32,000 nt of DNA, taken from NCBI RefSeq assembly GCF_000091665.1, contig NC_000909.1, positions 1,494,118 through 1,526,117 on the forward strand. Direction: 5' to 3'. Position numbers and translations under genes: made by a program. Each line of letters begins with the position of its first letter. Position 1 is the stretch's first letter. The DNA is from Methanocaldococcus jannaschii DSM 2661 (GTDB lineage Archaea > AGJL01 > Methanococci > Methanococcales > Methanocaldococcaceae). The notes beneath the pieces are model-generated. The model did no database searches, had not been told where the DNA came from, and saw only the letters and a list, made by a program, of their open reading frames with translations. Shown here piece after piece: positions 1-7,608 of this stretch.

Positions 1-1
1 G

Positions 2-3000
2 CATGATTCTGGATGGAATGGTAGAGTTTGTAGAAATCCAAAAGAAAATAAATATTGTGAGAGCTTTGGATATGTGATAAGAAAGAGAAAGTATGAATTT
101 TGTGTAAATAATCCAGATGCTAATTTAGGAAATTCAAGAGAAAGAGCATGTAGTGAAGCAATAGTATTTTGTAAAGGGAAAGTACAGGAGCATAACATAA
201 GATTTCCAGCAATATTTTATGTTGATAGAAAAAACAGAAATGAACATGAAATAAAAATGATAAAAAAAGAAATTGAAGAACAATTAAGAATGATTAACGG
301 AAAATACGCAATACTTTATGTTAGAGAAAATCCTTTATCTGAAAATAGAGTAATAGTCGGATGTGTTAAAATAAAGGAAATAATAGATGGTAGCAAGGAT
401 TACATTAGAAAAAAACAGAGTCCTAATAGAGTAGGAAGAGGCATTGTTTTTGATGTAGAGAATGATGTAATATTTGCTTTACCTTATCAAGAACTCTTAG
501 AATACTGCAAAAATAAAAATAAAGAAATTGAAGAAATTCTAAAAGAATTTAATTTAATTTTTGAAGTTGGGGACTTTGAAAGATACTTTAAAGGCATGTC
601 TAACTTTATATCCGATGAGGTGGCAGTCCAAATTCTTAAAAAAGGGCTTGAAATTGTTGAGGAATTCAATAAATTTAGAGAAGAAAATCAGGACTTTGAT
701 AAATACTTAACTGATGAGAATATAGCATTTAGACCTCATGTTATGAAAAAGTTTGATGAATTCGCTGAAAATATAAAAAAGGTTATTGCAGAACTTGAAG
801 GTAGTAAATATAAATATCCTGGACTTCCTGGAGTTCTTTATTTCTTAGGAATGGAAGATGCTTACTCAAGATATATTGAACTTTGGAAAAATGAAGGAGA
901 AAAAGGAGAAGAGAAACTTTATAATGCATTAATTGAAAGTTTAGAAAATAGAAAAGAAAATTTAGAGTTTGGAATTACAAAAAAGGTTATAGACAAATTT
1001 ATAGCACAGAAGGAAGAGTTTAGAGAGTTTTTAAAAAATTATGCTGTTTATTATGAGTTATCTGCATTTAAACTTGAAAAAATTAAGGAACAATATGAAA
1101 AAGAATTTATTAATTTAGATAACATAATAAAAAATCCATACATTTTGGTTGAGGATTTAAAAGAAAATGATAGTTTTGAAAGGATAATATTTGAAGAGCT
1201 TGACTCATGGGAAAGAAGAAGATTGGGGGATAAATTTAATCCTTACAGTCCATATAGAGTTAGAGCTTTATTGGTTGAAATTCTAAAAAGGCATTTAAGT
1301 TCAGGAAACACTACAATTTCAACAAAAGACCTTAAAGATTTCTTTGAAAAAATGGATAAAGACATTGTAAAGATAACTTTTGATGAATTTTTAAGGATAA
1401 TTGAGGAATATAAAGACATAATATCTGAAAAAGTTGAAATAGTCAAAAAAGAAGTTAAAAATAATGAAAATAAAGAAATTATTGAATTATTTACCCTAAA
1501 AGAAATTAGAGAATATGAGGAGATAATTGAAAATACCATAAATTATCTCTTAAAGTCGAAAGCTCCAAATATTGATTTGAATCCATTAGAAATTAGAGAA
1601 AAATTAAGAATAAAAAACGAAAATAAAAAACCAGCGGGAGTTGATAATGAAGAATATGAAAAAGCTTTAGATATGCAAACTGAGGCAGTTGTAAATCTAC
1701 TTAAAAATAGAGTTGGAATATTAACAGGACCAGCAGGCACTGGAAAAACAACGGTCATAAAAACAATTATGGAATTAATGAAGGAAGTGCTTGGATTAAA
1801 TAAAATCTACATATTAACACCAACTGGAAAGTCAGCAATGGTCGTTAATGAAAAATTAAATAATTTAGCAACTGCAAAAACAATACATAGATATATTGCA
1901 GAGGAATTTAAAGATTATTTTGAGGGAGATAATTATTTCATCCTTAGATTGGATAAAATAACTGGTAATGACAAGAAAGAAATTGATGCTTTAATTATAG
2001 ATGAATCATCAATGGTAGATATTGAAACAATGGGAAGATTATTGGGAACAATAAAATTGGATAATTTGAAGTATTTAATATTTGTTGGAGACATTAACCA
2101 ATTGCCACCAGTTGGTGCTGGAAAACCTTTCTATGACATTTATAACTATTTAGAAAAAGTTAATCCACAATCAATATGTAAATTGGAAATTGTCTTAAGG
2201 GCTGACTCTAAGAAGATTGTTGAACTTTCAAAATTGTTTTTAGATATTGATAAAGAAGAAAGAATAAAAATTTTGAATGAAATGTTTAAAAATAAAGAAA
2301 CTTTAGGAGATAATGAAATCTATAGGATTAAAGAGAATATTGGTGGCATAGAAAAGGAAATAATAACAATAGAAGTTGTTAAAGATGGAAACATTAAAAA
2401 ATCGTTAGAGAATGCTATAGAAACCATACTAAAAGAAAATAATACAGAAGATTTCTTTGACTTTGCAGTTTTTAATGATAAATTACAAATTTTAGTTCCA
2501 ACAAAAACTAAGGGAGAATTTGGTTCATATATGATTAATTTATTCATAAAACAGGAATCAAAGTTTATTCCAGACAAATATAAAAATAAAATGTTGGAGA
2601 ATTGGTTTTTTGGAGATGGTAAAGTTGCAGATAAAGTTATACAAATTAGAAACAATTACAAAAAATGGGTTTATGATACTGAAAGAAGGAAATGGGTAAA
2701 AGAACATGGCGTATTTAATGGAATGATGGGTTTCGCCTACACTTTCAAAAAATGGAACAAATACCAGAAAAAATATGAAAATAAAACCATTATAAGGTTC
2801 TACTATCCAAAAATAGAAGCATATACAGATGAAAAAGAAATGGAACATGCCTATGCAATAACAATTCATAAAAGTCAAGGTAGTGGATTTGAAAATGTCA
2901 TCTTAATAATTCCAAAAGGATTGAACAAATTTGTCTCAAAAGAAATGCTATATACTGCAATAACAAGAGCTAAAAAAAGATTGTATGTTATTGTTGAAGA

Positions 3001-3499
3001 AGAGCTTAAAAACTTCTTAGAAACAAATATTTCTGACTTAGCAAGGAGAAAAACTAATCTCCTTGAAAATTTTAACATTTCATATTTAGTTCCTTATATT
3101 GAAAATAGACAAATTATAACAATAAATGGGGAAAAAGTTAGAAGTTGGCAAGAATGTGTATTGGCAAATCTCTTCCATGAGGTAGGAATAGAATATATTT
3201 ATGAACTACTATCAGAATATTTAAAAATTGGAGTTCTTCCTGACTTCAAATTAAATATAAAAAATAGAACAATTCTTTGGGAACATTATGGTATGTTAGA
3301 AAATGAAAAGTATAGAAAAAGACAGAAAGAAGAAAAAGAACCCATATATAAACAAAATGGATTTGAGATAATTAAACTCTCAGAAATTAATGAAAATACT
3401 AAGTTGGGGGACAAGGTTTTAATTATTTCAACATCTGAGGATTTAAAAAATAATAGTCAAGTATTGGAAAAACTAAAAACTCTGCAACAAATTTCTTAA
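2..3499 (+). CDS. SF1 RecD/TraA-like helicase with a large unassigned Cys-bearing N-terminal region and a C-terminal Vsr/DUF559-like endonuclease-type module; 5' end lies outside the window
   Basis: The frame is open from nt 2 with no stop upstream of the GTG at 74 (HDSGWNGRVCRNPKENKYCESFGY...). Helicase motifs: Walker A GPAGTGKT (nt 1727-1750), Walker B IIDESSM (DESS nt 2000-2011), GDINQLPPVGAG and AITIHKSQGSGFENVILI. C-terminal segment: SWQECVLANLFHEVGIEYIYE..PDFKL..ILWEHYG (nt ~3137-3292). Confidence 0.85.
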   Translation, partial: HDSGWNGRVCRNPKENKYCESFGYVIRKRKYEFCVNNPDANLGNSRERACSEAIVFCKGKVQEHNIRFPAIFYVDRKNRNEHEIKMIKKEIEEQLRMINGKYAILYVRENPLSENRVIVGCVKIKEIIDGSKDYIRKKQSPNRVGRGIVFDVENDVIFALPYQELLEYCKNKNKEIEEILKEFNLIFEVGDFERYFKGMSNFISDEVAVQILKKGLEIVEEFNKFREENQDFDKYLTDENIAFRPHVMKKFDEFAENIKKVIAELEGSKYKYPGLPGVLYFLGMEDAYSRYIELWKNEGEKGEEKLYNALIESLENRKENLEFGITKKVIDKFIAQKEEFREFLKNYAVYYELSAFKLEKIKEQYEKEFINLDNIIKNPYILVEDLKENDSFERIIFEELDSWERRRLGDKFNPYSPYRVRALLVEILKRHLSSGNTTISTKDLKDFFEKMDKDIVKITFDEFLRIIEEYKDIISEKVEIVKKEVKNNENKEIIELFTLKEIREYEEIIENTINYLLKSKAPNIDLNPLEIREKLRIKNENKKPAGVDNEEYEKALDMQTEAVVNLLKNRVGILTGPAGTGKTTVIKTIMELMKEVLGLNKIYILTPTGKSAMVVNEKLNNLATAKTIHRYIAEEFKDYFEGDNYFILRLDKITGNDKKEIDALIIDESSMVDIETMGRLLGTIKLDNLKYLIFVGDINQLPPVGAGKPFYDIYNYLEKVNPQSICKLEIVLRADSKKIVELSKLFLDIDKEERIKILNEMFKNKETLGDNEIYRIKENIGGIEKEIITIEVVKDGNIKKSLENAIETILKENNTEDFFDFAVFNDKLQILVPTKTKGEFGSYMINLFIKQESKFIPDKYKNKMLENWFFGDGKVADKVIQIRNNYKKWVYDTERRKWVKEHGVFNGMMGFAYTFKKWNKYQKKYENKTIIRFYYPKIEAYTDEKEMEHAYAITIHKSQGSGFENVILIIPKGLNKFVSKEMLYTAITRAKKRLYVIVEEELKNFLETNISDLARRKTNLLENFNISYLVPYIENRQIITINGEKVRSWQECVLANLFHEVGIEYIYELLSEYLKIGVLPDFKLNIKNRTILWEHYGMLENEKYRKRQKEEKEPIYKQNGFEIIKLSEINENTKLGDKVLIISTSEDLKNNSQVLEKLKTLQQIS

Positions 3500-3530
3500 A
3501 CTTCTAAAAATGACATTATGATTTATTCTT

Positions 3531-4694
3531 TTATAACAAATCCCTTAAAATTCTAAATCCTAATCCAATATCTAATGATTTTAAAACCTTTATAGATAAA
3601 GATGCCTGCCTATCCATATCTCCATGCTTATTTATATAATCAATCAAATCACTTTTTGATAATTTCTCAATGATTTTATCTAAAGTATCGTTTCCCAGCT
3701 TTAAAAACAATTTTCTAACTCTCAAACCATTTTTTATCTCACTTCCAAATGTTTCTTTCCATCTTTTATCATAAAGCTCTAAATTCTCTATATCCTCATT
3801 TAAATATTTACTAATAACCTCACCTGCTATCTTTCCACCCATTGCTCCAAAATACAACCCTCCCCCACTTAGAGGCTTTACATGACAGGCAGCATCTCCA
3901 ACTAATAAAACATTATCTTTAAAGGTTTTATCTAAATAACCAATTGGTAAAGAGCCAGTAGAAAATTCTGTTATTGTAGCATTTTTTAATATCTCCTTAG
4001 CTATTTTATTTTCATTTATAAATCTTATAAGCTTGTTGTAGCAGTTTCCTCTATCTATCAAACCAACCCTAACCCTATCCTTCCCCATTGGAATAATCCA
4101 TGTAAAAAATCTCTCTGAATATTTTCTATCCAAGAAAATATAAACAAAATCATCATCTACCTCAGCATTGACCATTTCAAATTGACAGCTTGATAAAATC
4201 TCTCTATTTTTGTTATTTACTAAGCCCAATTTTTTGCCAGTTATTGTTTTAGCTCCATCAGCACCAACAATAATTTTTGGATTTAGGGTTATTTTTTCTC
4301 CTAAGTGGGTTATTTCCACTTTATAACCATTTTTATCTTTCTCAATTTTTCCATAAGCTTTTAATAAAAAATCGCATTTTTTTGCCGCTCTAATGGCTAT
4401 ATCTTTATCCATAACCTTTCTCTCAAAAATGTAAGCTCTAATTCCCTCATTGCCTATTTTTACCATGCTATTTTTGGAATATATATAAGCTCCTCTAACT
4501 TTATTAACTACTCCTTTAGGATTACCAAGCTCCTTAACCCCATTTTTGCTAATTAAGCCAGCACACTGCAAAGGAACACCTATAGATTGATGCTCTTCAA
4601 CAATCAAAACCCTACCATTTTTTATATACTCTCCAGTTATACAGCCAACCGGCCCTCCACCGATAATCACAACATCGTAATCGTTTCTATTCAC
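3531..4694 (-). CDS. FAD-dependent geranylgeranyl reductase family oxidoreductase
   Basis: N-terminal dinucleotide fold DYDVVIIGGGPVGC. Also IVGADGAKT and LVGDAACHVKPLSGGGLYFGAMGG, typical of the GGR/FixC family. Full 387-aa ORF. Confidence 0.8.
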   Translation of the reverse strand: MNRNDYDVVIIGGGPVGCITGEYIKNGRVLIVEEHQSIGVPLQCAGLISKNGVKELGNPKGVVNKVRGAYIYSKNSMVKIGNEGIRAYIFERKVMDKDIAIRAAKKCDFLLKAYGKIEKDKNGYKVEITHLGEKITLNPKIIVGADGAKTITGKKLGLVNNKNREILSSCQFEMVNAEVDDDFVYIFLDRKYSERFFTWIIPMGKDRVRVGLIDRGNCYNKLIRFINENKIAKEILKNATITEFSTGSLPIGYLDKTFKDNVLLVGDAACHVKPLSGGGLYFGAMGGKIAGEVISKYLNEDIENLELYDKRWKETFGSEIKNGLRVRKLFLKLGNDTLDKIIEKLSKSDLIDYINKHGDMDRQASLSIKVLKSLDIGLGFRILRDLL

Positions 4695-4782
4695 ATTACC
4701 ACCAAAAAATTTATATGCTTTCTAAATGTAAAGTTTAGTGTCTGTATATCCAGATATTAAAAACTAAAAGATTGGTGGGATT

Positions 4783-6051
4783 GTGAATATTGTATTATTT
4801 CTCGGCTATTTATCTATTCTTTTTGCTGGAGGTGCCATAATAGCAAAAATTGCTAAAAAGATTGGCATACCTGATATTCCTCTATTACTAATATTTGGTC
4901 TCATACTTTCTATACTAAATGTAATCCCAAAAAATATTGTTGAAAGCTCCTTTGATTTTATTGGAAACTTTGGATTAATTATATTGTTGTTTATTGGTTC
5001 ATTTGAAATGGAATGGAACATTATGAAGAGAGTATTGGATGTTATAATAAAACTCGATATACTGGCTTTATTAATTGTTTGGATTATATCTGGAATAGTA
5101 TTTAACTTTGTCTTTCATCTTCCAATCTTATCATTGATTGGATTGCTATTTGGGGCTATCGTTTCGGCTACTGACCCTGCTACATTAATACCAATATTCT
5201 CAAGCATGGATATTGATCCAGAAGTAGCAATAACCTTAGAAGCAGAGAGTGTTTTTAACGACCCATTAGGGATTGTTGTAACACTTATATGTTTATCAGC
5301 CCTTGGTTTAGCTAAAGCTGAGAATCCAATTCTTGAATTTTTCTCATTAGCTGTTGGTGGGATAATATTGGGGGTTATAGCAGGCAAGTTCTATGAAATT
5401 ATTATCTCAAAAATTAAGTTTGAGGACTATATTGCTCCATTTACTTTAGGATTGGCTATTGCCTTTTGGTATTTTGCTGAGGGAATTTTCCCATCAATAA
5501 CTGGCTATGAAATTAGTGGATTTATGGCAGTGGCTATAATGGGATTATATATTGGAAACGTCATAGTGCATAAAAAAGAACATAAAAAAGATATGGAAAA
5601 GGTTGCAGTGTTTATGGATGAACTCTCCATATTTATCAGAATATTAATCTTCGTATTATTAGGGGCAAGTATCTCAATCCCATTATTAGAAAAATATGCA
5701 CTCCCTGCATTTTTATGTGCATTGGGTTCTATACTTTTAGCAAGACCTGTTGGTGTTTTGATAGCTACAGCTATTCCACCAATTAGACCACTTACTGAAA
5801 GGATATATTTAGCTTTAGAAGGGCCGAGAGGGGTAGTTCCAGCAACGTTAGCAGCAATGGTTTATACAGAGATTATGAAACATCCAAACATAGTTCCAAA
5901 AAATATAGCAAGCTTAATGCCTCCAACAGAACTCGCTGGAACTATATTAGTAGCAACCTTTATGACAATAATAGTCAGTGTTGTCTTGGAAGCCTCATGG
6001 GCAAAACCATTAGCAAATATATTATTGAAAAGAAAGACCTCAACCTCCTAA
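4783..6051 (+). CDS. Na+/H+ antiporter, CPA1/NhaP family
   Basis: Polytopic membrane protein of 422 aa. Carries SATDPATL and FNDPLG (ND motif) as in NhaP antiporters. The GTG start is preceded by GGTGG. Confidence 0.85.
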   Translation: MNIVLFLGYLSILFAGGAIIAKIAKKIGIPDIPLLLIFGLILSILNVIPKNIVESSFDFIGNFGLIILLFIGSFEMEWNIMKRVLDVIIKLDILALLIVWIISGIVFNFVFHLPILSLIGLLFGAIVSATDPATLIPIFSSMDIDPEVAITLEAESVFNDPLGIVVTLICLSALGLAKAENPILEFFSLAVGGIILGVIAGKFYEIIISKIKFEDYIAPFTLGLAIAFWYFAEGIFPSITGYEISGFMAVAIMGLYIGNVIVHKKEHKKDMEKVAVFMDELSIFIRILIFVLLGASISIPLLEKYALPAFLCALGSILLARPVGVLIATAIPPIRPLTERIYLALEGPRGVVPATLAAMVYTEIMKHPNIVPKNIASLMPPTELAGTILVATFMTIIVSVVLEASWAKPLANILLKRKTSTS

Positions 6052-6093
6052 TTTCAATTTTTAAATTTTTAATTCAAAATTTAACTTATATTT

Positions 6094-6119
6094 TTATATT
6101 CTTATTTTATATTCTTATT
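6094..6119. repeat. Perfect tandem duplication of a 13-mer in the AT-rich region upstream of cbiE
   Basis: TTATATTCTTATT at 6094-6106 is repeated exactly at 6107-6119. Confidence 0.9.
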
Positions 6120-6197
6120 CTGATATCTTTACCTTATCTTTTTAATTTTATTGATATTTAAAAACATAATAGTAATAAATTATTTGAATGTGAAACT

Positions 6198-6833
6198 ATG
6201 ATTTATATAGTTGGAATTGGACCAGGAGATAGAGAATATTTAACTTTAAAAGCAATAAAAATTGTTGAAAATGCTGATTTGGTTGTTGGTAGTAAAAGGG
6301 CTTTAGAATTATTTAATATAGATGAAGATAAAAAAATAACTCTAACAAAAAACTTAATTGGAGAGTTAAAAGAGCTAATAAAAAATGAAAATATAAAAAA
6401 TAAAAAGATTGCCATATTATCAACTGGAGACCCATGTTTTAGTGGATTATTAAAAACATTATTAAAGATTGGAGCTAAAAAAGAAGATATTGAAGCTATC
6501 TCTGGAATTTCATCTATACAAATAGCAGCTGCAAAATTAAAAATCTCCTGGGAAGATTATTATATAATAACACTCCACGGAAAAGAAGAAAATAGGAAAA
6601 AGCTTTTAAATTTGATAAAAAATCATGAGAAAGTTATCTTCTTACCAAACAATTTGAAAGAGGATGCGAAGTTTTTAATAAATAATGGTATAAATCCAGA
6701 CACAAAAATTTGGGTTTTAGAAAATCTAACTTATGAAAATGAAAAAATTAGCTTAAAATCTTTAAAAGAAATAGCTAATGGAGATTTCTCTTATTTAACA
6801 GTTTGTGTTTATGAGGGAGACGAAGAGATTTGA
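6198..6833 (+). CDS. cbiE: Cobalt-precorrin-7 (C5)-methyltransferase, CbiE type
   Basis: Tetrapyrrole methylase N-terminus MIYIVGIGPGDREYLTLKA plus ILSTGDPCFSG. The size (211 aa) fits standalone CbiE. Confidence 0.8.
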   Translation: MIYIVGIGPGDREYLTLKAIKIVENADLVVGSKRALELFNIDEDKKITLTKNLIGELKELIKNENIKNKKIAILSTGDPCFSGLLKTLLKIGAKKEDIEAISGISSIQIAAAKLKISWEDYYIITLHGKEENRKKLLNLIKNHEKVIFLPNNLKEDAKFLINNGINPDTKIWVLENLTYENEKISLKSLKEIANGDFSYLTVCVYEGDEEI

Positions 6834-6866
6834 GTGAGGACAGTTAATGATACTTTAAGTTTTGAT

Positions 6867-6887
6867 CAACCTTTTACTAAAAGGTTG
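6867..6887 (+). other. 9-bp perfect hairpin between the cbiE stop and the crcB RBS
   Basis: CAACCTTTT (6867-6875), loop ACT, AAAAGGTTG (6879-6887). It is followed directly by GAGAGGAGAGG and the ATG at 6899. Confidence 0.7.
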
Positions 6888-6898
6888 GAGAGGAGAGG

Positions 6899-7273
6899 AT
6901 GATTAGGGAACTATTATTAATAGGTGTTGGAGGATTTTTTGGAGCTATTTTTAGATATTTAATCAGCGGGATTGTTCCAGTAAAGTTTGGATTACCAACA
7001 GGGACATTAGCAGTTAATTTAATAGGTAGTTTTATCTTAGGATTTTTGTTATACTGCTCTTTATTCGCTCCAATACCAACTGAATATAAATTATTCATTG
7101 GAACTGGATTTTGTGGAGCTTTAACAACCTTTTCAACATTTTCTTATGAAACCTTTGTCTTAGTTGATGAAGGATTATTATTTAAAGCTCTACTAAATAT
7201 ATTAATCAATGTAGTTGGCTGTTTGATTATGGTTTATTTTGGTAGGGTTTTAGCTTTAGCTATCTTTAGGTAG
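6899..7273 (+). CDS. crcB: Fluoride ion channel CrcB/FluC
   Basis: 124-aa protein with four TM segments. GGFFGAIFRY and GFCGALTTFSTFSYE are characteristic CrcB motifs. A purine-rich RBS GGAGAGGAGAGG lies immediately upstream. Confidence 0.9.
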   Translation: MIRELLLIGVGGFFGAIFRYLISGIVPVKFGLPTGTLAVNLIGSFILGFLLYCSLFAPIPTEYKLFIGTGFCGALTTFSTFSYETFVLVDEGLLFKALLNILINVVGCLIMVYFGRVLALAIFR

Positions 7274-7281
7274 GTGAAATA

Positions 7282-7608
7282 ATGATAAAGGCAAAAATCT
7301 TAAAAATTTATTTAAGGGAAGGAGATAAATTTGAAGGAGAGTTGATGTATAAACATATTATGAAAATACTAAAAAGGGAGGGGATAAGTGGGGCTACTGT
7401 CTATAAAGGAATATGTGGTTATGGAGTTAGAGGAGTAGCTGAGTTTGACATATTTAGGCTATCTGTAAATCTCCCAGTGATTATTGAATGTGTTGATATT
7501 GAAGAAAATATAAATAGGGTTTTACCTAAGTTATATGAAGTTATAAAAAATAACGGATTGATAATAATAACTGACTGTCATGTATATAAAGGTGAAACTT
7601 ATGAGTAA
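7282..7608 (+). CDS. DUF190 (UPF0166) small protein commonly paired with crcB
   Basis: 108 aa, starting 8 nt after the crcB stop. The pattern LKIYLREGDK...GISGATVYKGICGYG is typical of DUF190. The family assignment is from memory. Confidence 0.7.
   Translation: MIKAKILKIYLREGDKFEGELMYKHIMKILKREGISGATVYKGICGYGVRGVAEFDIFRLSVNLPVIIECVDIEENINRVLPKLYEVIKNNGLIIITDCHVYKGETYE

Noticed and set aside
3-77. Short ORF MILDGMVEFVEIQKKINIVRALDM in another frame at the left edge
   Set aside because: The overlapping frame from nt 2 is continuous with the 1141-aa helicase ORF. It encodes a Cys-bearing sequence that looks like real protein, so the short ORF is probably spurious.
6052-6197. Phased A/T tracts or a regulatory repeat upstream of cbiE
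   Set aside because: Apart from the exact 13-mer tandem duplication (6094-6119), tract spacing is irregular. In sequence this AT-rich, such patterns arise easily by slippage.
6834-6898. Possible fluoride riboswitch upstream of crcB
   Set aside because: crcB genes are often riboswitch-controlled. This 65-nt spacer holds only a simple 9-bp hairpin (6867-6887). I could not find the conserved crcB-motif core or its pseudoknot pairing. It is more likely a stem in the cbiE-crcB junction.
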